A DNA stretch of 64,000 nucleotides from Cyclobacteriaceae bacterium (GTDB taxonomy: Bacteria > Bacteroidota > Bacteroidia > Cytophagales > Cyclobacteriaceae). Each line of letters starts with the position of its first letter. The stretch's first letter is position 1. Below the pieces are notes generated by a model, which did no database searches, was not told the DNA's origin, and saw nothing but the letters and a program-made list of their open reading frames with translations. This document shows positions 36,131-45,445 of the stretch, in pieces. The stretch is from NCBI GenBank assembly GCA_965217275.1, contig OZ244400.1, forward strand, positions 4,931,129 through 4,995,128, in the 5' to 3' direction. The position numbers and the translations under genes are program-made.

Positions 36131-37150
36131 TTAAGCCCGGGGAATGCCAACCACCTCCCCCCGCGCGGCCGACTCGTAGGCGGCTTCTACCAACTGTAGG
36201 GTTTTCAAATTATCCTCCCCGACTGTTTCAACCGCTTTTCCATCGCGCAAGCCCGCTAGAAAGTGCCGATGAATTTCTACCATCGACGACTGCACCACGG
36301 CGTACTGCGGGTGCACCCAGTCGTAGCTGGGCAACGTAAGCTGTTCCGGGTGTTGCCCTTCGCGCGTAGTAACGGTGAATTGAAAATCCGGCCCGAGTCG
36401 CACCGATCCCCGGTTCCCTTCCACCTCCACCAGCGTCTGCGGAAAGCACGCGTAGTCCACCACCGAGGCGTACGACATCTCCACCGTCACCGTCATCCCG
36501 CCCGCCGTTTCCAGCAGCAGCGTGACCACGTCCTCTCCTTTGATATTCGGATTCACCCGCTGGGTTTGGCAGTACAAGCGTGTCACCTCGCCGAACAGAA
36601 AGCGACTCGCGTCGAGCAGGTGCACCCCCACGTCGGCCAGCATCATGCGTTCCAGCTGCGCCAGAAAGGGCTGGTTGTCAAACACCGGAAACGCGCTGTT
36701 GAAGTAGATCCGGGCCCGAAAGGGCGTTCCGATCGTGTCGTTGTCCAGTAGCTTTTTCAGATGGCGGATAGGCTGTTGCCAGCGAAAGTTTTCGTGGATG
36801 TAGAGGGGCACCCCGGCCTCCTGGCAAACGCGCACCATGTGCCGGGCCTGTTCCCAGTCCGGGGCCATGGGCTTCTGGCAGATCACGGGCAATCCTCGAG
36901 CCGCGGCTAACTCGGTGAGGGCCGCGTGGGTATCCGGGCTGGTGATGATATCCACCGCATCGAGCGCCTCTGCCTCAAGCGTCGCTTCGGCATCGTCGTA
37001 CCAGGAAGCGGAGCCGAAACGCTCGGCCAAGGCCTGTGCTGCCTCCGCTACCCGGTCGCAAAATACGAACTCGAGGTCTGGATCGGCCTCCCGCCAGGCC
37101 GCCACCTGGTAACCGGCCCAGAAACCACAACCGATGATCCCGATCCTCAT
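36131..37150 (-). CDS. Gfo/Idh/MocA-family oxidoreductase
   Basis: N-terminal Rossmann MRIGIIGCGFWAGYQ and ..CQKPMA.. motif. 4-nt overlap with the upstream gene. Confidence 0.85.
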   Translation of the reverse strand: MRIGIIGCGFWAGYQVAAWREADPDLEFVFCDRVAEAAQALAERFGSASWYDDAEATLEAEALDAVDIITSPDTHAALTELAAARGLPVICQKPMAPDWEQARHMVRVCQEAGVPLYIHENFRWQQPIRHLKKLLDNDTIGTPFRARIYFNSAFPVFDNQPFLAQLERMMLADVGVHLLDASRFLFGEVTRLYCQTQRVNPNIKGEDVVTLLLETAGGMTVTVEMSYASVVDYACFPQTLVEVEGNRGSVRLGPDFQFTVTTREGQHPEQLTLPSYDWVHPQYAVVQSSMVEIHRHFLAGLRDGKAVETVGEDNLKTLQLVEAAYESAARGEVVGIPRA

Positions 37151-37980
37151 GGCTGGGTGATGGCGTCGATCTGCTCACGGATGTTGTCCATCTCGAACAC
37201 CTGTTGCCAGTCGTCTTTGAACAGAATAGACTCAGCCCGATTCAACGCCTTGATGGCCGCGTCGGAAAACTGAATGGGCAGTTCGCCGAAGAGCACCGCC
37301 AACTGAATGTTGATGTGGCCCAGGATGAAGTCGCGCGCGGCCTCGCGGGGCACACCCTTGTCGACCACCACGTCGAGCGCGTCGCGAATCTTCTTGATGC
37401 AGGTGGAGCTCAGCGTTTCGGAGAACCCCGGTTCCAAGATCGCCATCTGCTCCACGGTGATGCGGTGGTTTTTCGTCACCGGCTGAAACAGCACCTTCGT
37501 CAGGGCGTCCCCGATGGCGTAGTAATTATCGGGACCGTGCATGAGGGCCGACACCACCGTCTGCCGCGCCAGGATGCCGCCGTAGTAGTCGCGGTACGCT
37601 TCTTTGGTGGGCTCCCAGTTGAACACCGAGGGGTGCGAAGGATGCGTCACGTAGTAGGCCAGCTCCTCGCGGTGGGGCAGGTGTCCGGCCAGTGGGGCGG
37701 CGGGGTCCAGGATCACCACCAGCGCTCCGGCCTTGAGTTGGGGCACCACCAGCGCGCTCACGCGGCGCATGGCGCTATCGGGCACTGCCAGCACCGCAAT
37801 GTCGGCTTCGGGCAGGGCTTGGTCGGCCGCCGTGACGGAGACTCCGGTCGCTTCCAGGCGCTGGATCGCCTCGGGGTTGATCTCCAGGTAGCTAACGCGG
37901 TAGGCATCGGCGTTTTTGAGGTTGTTGGTGCAGCGCATGCCCATTTTTCCACCAGCACCGACCAGAGCGAGGTTTTTCAT
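37147..37980 (-). CDS. NAD(P)-binding dehydrogenase-like protein (possibly the phosphogluconate-dehydrogenase-C-terminal-domain family)
   Basis: MKNLALVGAGGKMG Rossmann start. Family assignment is tentative. Confidence 0.5.
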   Translation of the reverse strand: MKNLALVGAGGKMGMRCTNNLKNADAYRVSYLEINPEAIQRLEATGVSVTAADQALPEADIAVLAVPDSAMRRVSALVVPQLKAGALVVILDPAAPLAGHLPHREELAYYVTHPSHPSVFNWEPTKEAYRDYYGGILARQTVVSALMHGPDNYYAIGDALTKVLFQPVTKNHRITVEQMAILEPGFSETLSSTCIKKIRDALDVVVDKGVPREAARDFILGHINIQLAVLFGELPIQFSDAAIKALNRAESILFKDDWQQVFEMDNIREQIDAITQP

Positions 37981-38035
37981 ATTTGAAGGATTGAGTGATT
38001 GAAAGAATGATTGAATTGTTGAATGATTGAATGGA

Positions 38036-38878
38036 CTAGGGTGGGGGAGAGGTGATTGCGTGGGTGGATAGGGCGTTGCGTAGGTAGATGCTTCCTTGTT
38101 CTACCCACCTTCGCTCTTGCGCAATCGCTTCTTGTATGTTCGCCAGCGGAGCAGACCACACCTCGAGGGTGGCCGACTGGCACCTTCCGGTAGCCGCCAG
38201 GGTTTGCAGCAGCCACGGCACGGGGGTTTGTCCCGACCCGGCGGGGACTCCCCGCACGGTGAAGCCCATCTGATGGTCCAGGCGCTCGATGCGGTAGTCT
38301 TTCACGTGCAGGTTGAGGGTGTAGGGGGCCAGCGTGCGCGCCACCTCCCAGATACCTTCGTCGGCTCCCAGCGAGTTGGCAGTGTCCAGGCAGATGCCCA
38401 CGTAGTCGGCGTCGGTGGCTTCGATGATGTCGACCAGTTCGTGGGCCCGGAAACGGTCGTGGTTCTCAATGGCCAGGCGCACTCCGGCTTCCCGGTACAG
38501 CGGCAGCACTTCCCGGATAACGCGCACAATTTCGTCGTGCCGGGGTTCGTAGCCTTTGTCGTCGATCACCACCCGCACGAAGGGCGAGCGGCACTGCTGC
38601 GCCAGCGTGAGGTAGGTACGCAGTCGGGCGGGACGCAGTCCGCGGAGGCCTAGCTCTAATGCTACTTGGGTTGCTTCAGAAGTGCGTAGCAGATTTTTCC
38701 ACGCCTCGGTATCAAGGTGGTGCACCGGCAGGTTGTCGGCCAGCTGCAGTCGGCGTGCACCAAACTGCTGGGCTTCGAGCAAGAGTTGCTCGGCCGTCAT
38801 CGGGGTGGGGGGCGGGTGACCCGGCACTCCGATGGCCCAGGGGTAGGCGTAACTGCTGATACCGAAGGCGATGGACAT
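38036..38878 (-). CDS. sugar phosphate isomerase/epimerase (xylose isomerase-like TIM barrel)
   Basis: LAIENHDRF and LNLHVKDY motifs typical of the AP-endonuclease-2/TIM barrel family. Confidence 0.8.
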   Translation of the reverse strand: MSIAFGISSYAYPWAIGVPGHPPPTPMTAEQLLLEAQQFGARRLQLADNLPVHHLDTEAWKNLLRTSEATQVALELGLRGLRPARLRTYLTLAQQCRSPFVRVVIDDKGYEPRHDEIVRVIREVLPLYREAGVRLAIENHDRFRAHELVDIIEATDADYVGICLDTANSLGADEGIWEVARTLAPYTLNLHVKDYRIERLDHQMGFTVRGVPAGSGQTPVPWLLQTLAATGRCQSATLEVWSAPLANIQEAIAQERRWVEQGSIYLRNALSTHAITSPPP

Positions 38879-39177
38879 AAGGTAGTGACTTTTCCGATGG
38901 GGCGGCGGCGCGGGATGGTGGGGTCCTACCGGCGGTTGCTGGGTAAATATACGAATTGCCTCAGGAATTCTATATGATTTAATTGCTTAGCAGTGAGGAG
39001 AACGGCCGGAGTAAATAGCTATTTTGTGGCGGGATGCCTTTGCTATGGTGGGTAACCCACTAAGCAACAATCGAACAATCGAACAATCCATGCTTCACTT
39101 CTACCTATCAACCTGTCTATTCCCTTACCTCATTCAATCATTCAAACCTTCTCTCATTCAATCACTCTCCATCCGCC

Positions 39178-40155
39178 TCAAAAATACGCAGGATAAAATG
39201 TAAATCCTCTCCCGGAACGATACCCTAGTGTGGGAGCGGGCAGATGCACCAACGATACTGCGTACAGTAACCCGTTCCAAAAGCGATTTCCAAAGCTTAT
39301 CGGAGGTTTTCGGTAGTAGTGCAAATCTAAGTCCAGTGCTAAGTACCACTCCCGGTAGGCCGAGTAACCGGCGGCTTGGTTGGCCGACTCGCGGGCGTGC
39401 AGCATCTGGTTGGCTCCGTAGCCCACCGCCACGTTGAGCCACTTCGGAAACCGGGGATACCGCCGCTTCAAAAATGCGTGCAAATCCACCGACAGCCAGT
39501 AGGTTTGCCCGTTATAATCCTTGAGCACTTCTTCGGCCAAGTTGCCCCCCAGGGTGTTGGGCCGTTCGGCGGCCAGGGCCGTGCGGTGAAAGGAAAACTT
39601 AGGTTCCAAGCGCACCTCACCCCACCGGGCGTGCTGTCCCATCCACCACACCGACCCCGCTGCGTTGGCGGCCAGATCGTGCCAAGAAAATCCGTAAGCC
39701 TGCGAAAACCCGTCGAACACCTCTACCGGCAGGAGCGACAGAAAACCGATCACTCCACCCACGTCCTCGGAAGACCGCCGTGTTCCTAATTGCTTAACCA
39801 GCGCCGTGCTCGCCCGGCTTAGTTGAAAGGCTGAATAAAGATGCCCCACTTTGTCTACTTGCCTCCATTGTGCCCCGTCGTTGAAGAACTGAAACCGTTG
39901 TCGGGGCTGATTGCGGTACCAGGCCGCGTAAAGTCCGGCTTGGGCCGCTCCGTAGGCCACCCCGGCGTAGCACCACCGCCGATTCACGTGCGTGGTCGAG
40001 TCGCTGGGCGGAGAACAATCGGCCTTAGTTGAGACTGCCGTCATCAACAGCAAGCTGAGTATTATAACGTCCTTTTGGTTGGCAACTAACAAATACTTAA
40101 TTTTATGGTTAGCAATGAGACTGTTTTTTAAAACTATATAGGTATGGAACCGCAA
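39178..40155 (-). CDS. DUF2279-like predicted lipoprotein / outer-membrane-associated protein
   Basis: ..FFNDGAQWRQVDKVGHLYSAF.. resembles DUF2279. The start is probably internal (TTG 40092 gives a signal-like LVANQKDVIILSLLLMTAVS), because 40155 overlaps the divergent sigma gene. Confidence 0.45.
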   Translation of the reverse strand: MRFHTYIVLKNSLIANHKIKYLLVANQKDVIILSLLLMTAVSTKADCSPPSDSTTHVNRRWCYAGVAYGAAQAGLYAAWYRNQPRQRFQFFNDGAQWRQVDKVGHLYSAFQLSRASTALVKQLGTRRSSEDVGGVIGFLSLLPVEVFDGFSQAYGFSWHDLAANAAGSVWWMGQHARWGEVRLEPKFSFHRTALAAERPNTLGGNLAEEVLKDYNGQTYWLSVDLHAFLKRRYPRFPKWLNVAVGYGANQMLHARESANQAAGYSAYREWYLALDLDLHYYRKPPISFGNRFWNGLLYAVSLVHLPAPTLGYRSGRGFTFYPAYF

Positions 40156-40719
40156 GTTACCGTAAAAAAGCGTACCGTTCGGTGCTTTGTTGCGGGTGAC
40201 CCGGTGGCCTTTCGCAAAGTATACGATGCCTATAAAGACAAGCTACTTGCCTATTCTCTCAAATTTACTAAATCTGTTCCGGACGCCGAAGAGGTTGTGC
40301 AGCAGTCGTTCATTCGCTTATGGGAGTTTAGAGGTCGTATCAATCCTAACCGCCCCCTCGACCCTTACGTCTACCGGATTGTTCGCAACTGCGCTTTTGA
40401 CTATCTCAAGGAGGTAGCGCGTGCCGCCCGTTTGAAGGAAGACCTTCAGTCAGTTTTGGTCGCTCCCTCGTATCAAGAAAATCTTTCTGCCAACCAATGC
40501 GCTGAGATGGCTCAGCGAGCCATTGAGATGCTTCCCGAAAAACGGCAGATTATCTTTCGTATGAACTATGATGAGGACATGACGCATCAGGAAATCGCTG
40601 AGGCGCTACAGATTTCTATCCACACCGTGAAGTCGCAGTTGGTTAAAGCAACCAAGACCGTCCGTTTGCTGCTCCTGCAGCAAGCCAGCCTGATCATTAC
40701 CCTGCTATTCAGCATTTAG
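40144..40719 (+). CDS. ECF-type RNA polymerase sigma-70 factor
   Basis: Region 2 (..VVQQSFIRLWEF..) and region 4 HTH (..MTHQEIAEALQISIHTVKSQL..). Followed by a FecR gene. Confidence 0.85.
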   Translation: MEPQVTVKKRTVRCFVAGDPVAFRKVYDAYKDKLLAYSLKFTKSVPDAEEVVQQSFIRLWEFRGRINPNRPLDPYVYRIVRNCAFDYLKEVARAARLKEDLQSVLVAPSYQENLSANQCAEMAQRAIEMLPEKRQIIFRMNYDEDMTHQEIAEALQISIHTVKSQLVKATKTVRLLLLQQASLIITLLFSI

Positions 40720-40883
40720 TGTACGTCTGGCCTTGCCATTTTTGCATTACATCACGCAAAAGTCGTAACAAACATCAGTGCTTAGCCCATAATTGCAGTG
40801 GTATCGTAATCTTTATCGCTATTTATTAACATGATAATCTACGGCGTGTCCTTGCGGGTAGTAGCAATAGTAGTAGCCTACTT

Positions 40884-41855
40884 ATGAACAAACAGGATCT
40901 TTTGCGAAAATACCTGGCCGAAGGTTGTTCTCCGAGCGAACTTCGACAACTCTACGACCACTTACTAGCGGACAAAGCCGTTGACCACGAGCCTATGTTA
41001 GCTGAGCTTTGGCATCAAATAGCTACTCCGACTGCCATGAGTGATAGCACCTCAGAGCGCATCTACGCCGGAGTGGTGTCTTCCGTTCCGGTGCTGGCTA
41101 AACGCACGCGCCGCAATTCCCCCCGCCCCTGGCTGTTAGTAGCCGCTGTTGTAAGTGTGCTACTAATTACGGGATGGCTGATGAAGGGGCTGCTCTTTCC
41201 TGCCTACGACACTCACCAAACCGCCTACGGCGAAGTGAAACAAATTGAGTTGCCCGACGGAACGGTGGTGGACCTCAACGCCAATTCAACCCTACGCGTT
41301 GCTACCCGCCCCGACGATGGAGTCCGAGAAGTATGGCTCACGGGGGAGGCCCACTTCCACGTGATGCCCCGGCAAAACGACAACGCCCAGGCCATTAAGT
41401 TTATCGTGCACACCAGCAACCTGGACGTGGAGGTGCTGGGCACCACCTTCAACGTGAAAGACCGTCGCGGCACCACCGACGTGGTGCTTAGCTCGGGCAG
41501 CATCCTGCTGCGCAAGCAAGCCGACCACGCGCAAGCGCTGGCTATGCAACCCGGCGACCGGGTGCGTCTGCGCCAGGCCGAAGAATTTGTGATCACCCAG
41601 GTGCCTGAGCCGATTGTCTACACCTCCTGGAAAGACCATGAACTCTACTTCGACGACCAAACGCTGGGAGCTATCCAGCAAGAACTGGCCGATAGCTACG
41701 ACGTGTCGCTTCGGTTTGCCGACCCGGCGCTCATTAACCTACGATTTACCGGCTCTGCCCCCACCGATGACCTTACCATTCTGCTAACAACCATACAAAA
41801 GTCGTTCAATCTCACCCTTAAACAAGACGCCAATGGATACCTCTTAGCCCCCTAA
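40884..41855 (+). CDS. FecR-family anti-sigma factor
   Basis: Single TM segment (WLLVAAVVSVLLITGWL) and a FecR-like periplasmic domain (..LPDGTVVDLNANSTL..GEAHFHV..). Confidence 0.85.
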   Translation: MNKQDLLRKYLAEGCSPSELRQLYDHLLADKAVDHEPMLAELWHQIATPTAMSDSTSERIYAGVVSSVPVLAKRTRRNSPRPWLLVAAVVSVLLITGWLMKGLLFPAYDTHQTAYGEVKQIELPDGTVVDLNANSTLRVATRPDDGVREVWLTGEAHFHVMPRQNDNAQAIKFIVHTSNLDVEVLGTTFNVKDRRGTTDVVLSSGSILLRKQADHAQALAMQPGDRVRLRQAEEFVITQVPEPIVYTSWKDHELYFDDQTLGAIQQELADSYDVSLRFADPALINLRFTGSAPTDDLTILLTTIQKSFNLTLKQDANGYLLAP

Positions 41856-41929
41856 TCTCGCACCGCCGGTGGGCTCTCGCCAGAGACATCGGTTCGTATT
41901 TATCTTCACTACACTTAAACCCTTATCTT

Positions 41930-44900
41930 ATGCATTGTAATTTACCCACCCTTCGTCGGTTGCTGTTGCTGCTGGCGCTCTGCGGAGGGCAAGTTGCCGG
42001 GTCCATCCAGACCGGATCAGCCCAGACCCTGGCCTTGTCTTCCCTTACCCCCCGCGGCGTTCATAATGACGAACCCCAACAAAAGCAAGCCGTGGCACTG
42101 ACCACCGTGCTCGAACAACTGGAGAAGCAACACAACGTGCGCTTCAATTATGCCAGCCAGTTGGTGAAAGACCAGGCGGTGAAAGTGCCCGCCGACGCTG
42201 ATGTTGATCTGGAAAAGGCCCTCACTCAGTTGCTAAAGCCCCTGGGGCTGCGCCATGAGAAGGTGACCAAGCAGATCTACGGCATCTACCGGGTGCCCCA
42301 GCCTACCAAAGTCTCTACAACGTCTGCCTCTAAGCGCACCAGCCTGCGAGCGGCCCAGGTGGACCTCATCGCCCGCTTAGGGCTGCGTCCGCTGCAAACC
42401 GTGACAATAACCGACAGAAGCATCTCCGGAACCGTGACCGACGAGAACGGAGAGGGGCTGCCCGGCGTTAACGTGCTAGCCAAGAACACGACCATCGGTA
42501 CGGTTACCGATATTGAAGGCAACTACCGCCTTTCGGTAGCCGACAACGTGGAGACCCTGGTGTTTTCCTCGGTAGGCTATCTCACCCAGGAAGTATCCAT
42601 TGATAACCGCACCACCGTTAGTGTATCTATGGAAACCGACGTACGATCGCTCTCCGAAGTGGTCGTCGTTGGCTACGGTACCCAGAAAAAATCAGACCTG
42701 ACCGGCGCGATTTCATCGGTGCAACCCGAAGACATTAACCGCATATCCGAACGACGCTTAGAGACGGCCCTGCAAGGCCGCGCGGCCGGAGTGCAGGTTA
42801 CCCGGGAAGAAGGTGCCCCCGGAGCCGGTTCCAGTGTAAGCGTGCGCGGAGCCGGGTCCATCGGCAACACCCAGCCCCTGTGGGTGATCGACGGCGTGCC
42901 CCAGAATCCGGGTAACTTCTTCAACATGAACGACGTGGAGTCGATCGAGATTCTCAAAGACGCCTCGGCCTCGGCCATCTACGGCGCGCGTGCCGCCCAC
43001 GGCGTGATCCTGGTCACCACCAAGCGCGGCACCGAAGGTAAGGTGAAGGTCAACTTCAACACCTCCATCGGCCAGCGCAGCCCGGTGAACCTGCCCGACA
43101 TGTTGGATACCGAAGGCTTCGTGCGGGCCAGTTCAATTGGCCGCATCAACGCGGACGGCACTCCCGAACCGGCCTGGAACAATCCCGGAAGCCTGCCCAA
43201 CACCAACTGGGTGGATGAGGTGTTCTCAGGCCGCGGCCTGGAGCAGACCTATAACCTATCGGTGGCGGGTGGCAACGAAAATGCGAACTACTTCGTATCG
43301 GGCGGTTACGATAAGGAAGAGGGCATTATGGTCGATAACTACTTCGAGCGCTACTCGCTGCGCGCCAACGCCGACTTCAAGATTGGCAAGTACATCCGTA
43401 TCGGCGAATCGCTATTAGTGTCGCGCACCCGCGAAAACCCTACCAACAACGACGGGGGCGATTTGCTCACCATTTTCCGGGCTATTCCCATTATGCCCGT
43501 GCGTGACCCAGACAATGCCTTCGGGGGCTGGGGCACCGCTCCTTCCTACTTTCAGGGGCCTAACCCGCTGGCTAGTGAGCTTCAGAACCATATCTTGGAA
43601 ACCGCCAACCGCCTCAACGGAAACGTGTACGCTGAGATTGAGCCGTTGGAAGGACTAACCCTGCGCGGTAGTGTGGGAGTAAACGTGAGAGCCTTTCGCC
43701 GCGAGCAATTCTCGGAAGCCTTCAACTACGGCGCGCTATCCAACTCGCTTAACTCGCTGGAGCACCGCAGCACCGACGATGAGTCGCTCAACACCAACCT
43801 GGTGCTCACCTACACCAAAAGCATTGGTAAGCACGACTTCACCGTGCTGGGCGGTTACGAACGTTTTCAGCAGGATGAGCTAGACTTTGCCGCCGACGCC
43901 CAGGATTTTCCCGTCAACTACGCCCGCAGTTTTGGCCTGGCGGCCGGGGCGGTTAACATTACCCGTCGGAACACCATCGCCGATCAGTACCGTCTGGAGT
44001 CGTTATTCGGCCGAATCAACTACACCTTTGCCAACCGCTACCTGCTCACCGCCAACGTGCGCCGCGACGGTTCTTCTCGCTTCGGTCCCGATTTCCAGTA
44101 CGGGGTGTTCCCCTCGGTGTCAGTGGGCTGGCGTATTGTTGAGGAGGACTTTATGCAAGGAGCCTCCTTCCTGTCGGACTTGAAACTACGCGCCAGCTAC
44201 GGAATACTAGGGTCAGACCGAATTGATGACTACATCTTTGCGCGTACTTACACCAACACCCGATCTACCTACGCCTTCGACGCTACCGGACAGGCCGGGG
44301 GTACCAAGCAGCGGGGATACTACCTGCGACGCTTTCCCAACGAACAAGTAAAGTGGGAGGAAGTGGTGCAAACCGATATCGGTTTGGACGCAAGCTTCTT
44401 AGAAGGACGATTCAACGTGACGGCCGACTACTATATCAAAACCACCAACGATATGCTCATTGGCGTGCAGTTGCCGCTTTCGTTCGGAGTGTCGCGCGAG
44501 CGAAGCATTCCGGAAGGCACCGAGGTGAACATCGGATCGGTGGAGAACCGTGGGTTCGAACTGGCGCTGAACTACCGCGAGAGCATTGGCGACTGGAACT
44601 TCGACATCACTGCCAACTCGGCCTGGAACCGCAACGAGGTGCAACAGCTGGAAGAAGGGCTACGCATTCCCGCCGGGGGAGGCGGCCCCGGTTATGCCGG
44701 TAGCATTGCCCTCACGGAGGTGGGTCAACCCATTGGTTACTTCTTCGGACTGGTAGCCGAAGGAATCTTCCAAGATCAGGATGAGATCGACGCCCTCAAT
44801 GAGGCCGCGCCCGATGGCTTCTACCAGACCGAAGAAACCGCTCCTGGCGACTTGCGCTACCGCGACATTAATAACGATGGTACCATTGACGCCGACGACC

Positions 44901-45427
44901 GTACCAACATTGGCAACCCCTGGCCGCGGATGATCTACGGTTTTAATGCTAACGTGGCCTATAAGAACTTCGACCTCACGCTGTTCTTTCAGGGTGTGCA
45001 GGGGGTGGACCTCTTCAACGCTACCAAGGCCTACTACCGCACGGTGTTTAGCGACTATAACTCCAGTGAACGGGTGTTTGAAAGCTGGACGGCCGAAAAC
45101 CCGACCCAGCACCCGCGTCTGATTGCCAGCGATCCCAACGGCAACTTCCGCCGCCCTTCTTCCTACATGGTGGAAGACGGCTCGTACCTCAAACTGCGCA
45201 ACATCCAGGTAGGCTACAGCCTGCCCGAGTCGTTGATCAGTCGCATTGGCCTCACCAACGCCCGGGTGTTTGTAAACGGGCAAAACTTGCTCACCTTCAC
45301 CCAGTACGAAGGTCTGGATCCTGAGTTGAGCGCCGGAAACAACAACAACACCCGGCAGGGCATCGACGGACTCGGACAGTACCCGCAGACCCGACTGGTG
45401 TCGGCCGGACTACAAATTGGTTTTTAA
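41930..45427 (+). CDS. SusC/RagA-family TonB-dependent outer membrane transducer with N-terminal STN signalling domain
   Basis: STN-like region (..LEQLEKQHNVRFNY..). Carboxypeptidase-regulatory-like ISGTVTDENGEGLPGVNV. TonB box/plug VVVGYGTQKKSDLTGA. C-terminal ..SAGLQIGF. Confidence 0.9.
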   Translation: MHCNLPTLRRLLLLLALCGGQVAGSIQTGSAQTLALSSLTPRGVHNDEPQQKQAVALTTVLEQLEKQHNVRFNYASQLVKDQAVKVPADADVDLEKALTQLLKPLGLRHEKVTKQIYGIYRVPQPTKVSTTSASKRTSLRAAQVDLIARLGLRPLQTVTITDRSISGTVTDENGEGLPGVNVLAKNTTIGTVTDIEGNYRLSVADNVETLVFSSVGYLTQEVSIDNRTTVSVSMETDVRSLSEVVVVGYGTQKKSDLTGAISSVQPEDINRISERRLETALQGRAAGVQVTREEGAPGAGSSVSVRGAGSIGNTQPLWVIDGVPQNPGNFFNMNDVESIEILKDASASAIYGARAAHGVILVTTKRGTEGKVKVNFNTSIGQRSPVNLPDMLDTEGFVRASSIGRINADGTPEPAWNNPGSLPNTNWVDEVFSGRGLEQTYNLSVAGGNENANYFVSGGYDKEEGIMVDNYFERYSLRANADFKIGKYIRIGESLLVSRTRENPTNNDGGDLLTIFRAIPIMPVRDPDNAFGGWGTAPSYFQGPNPLASELQNHILETANRLNGNVYAEIEPLEGLTLRGSVGVNVRAFRREQFSEAFNYGALSNSLNSLEHRSTDDESLNTNLVLTYTKSIGKHDFTVLGGYERFQQDELDFAADAQDFPVNYARSFGLAAGAVNITRRNTIADQYRLESLFGRINYTFANRYLLTANVRRDGSSRFGPDFQYGVFPSVSVGWRIVEEDFMQGASFLSDLKLRASYGILGSDRIDDYIFARTYTNTRSTYAFDATGQAGGTKQRGYYLRRFPNEQVKWEEVVQTDIGLDASFLEGRFNVTADYYIKTTNDMLIGVQLPLSFGVSRERSIPEGTEVNIGSVENRGFELALNYRESIGDWNFDITANSAWNRNEVQQLEEGLRIPAGGGGPGYAGSIALTEVGQPIGYFFGLVAEGIFQDQDEIDALNEAAPDGFYQTEETAPGDLRYRDINNDGTIDADDRTNIGNPWPRMIYGFNANVAYKNFDLTLFFQGVQGVDLFNATKAYYRTVFSDYNSSERVFESWTAENPTQHPRLIASDPNGNFRRPSSYMVEDGSYLKLRNIQVGYSLPESLISRIGLTNARVFVNGQNLLTFTQYEGLDPELSAGNNNNTRQGIDGLGQYPQTRLVSAGLQIGF

Positions 45428-45445
45428 TTGTTAATCCCTATCCTT

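Noticed and set aside
37204..38653. Plus-strand ORFs of 260 aa (37204..37986) and 185 aa (38096..38653)
   Set aside because: They mirror well-supported minus-strand dehydrogenase and TIM-barrel genes. Their G/R/H/V-rich composition is typical of antisense artefacts.
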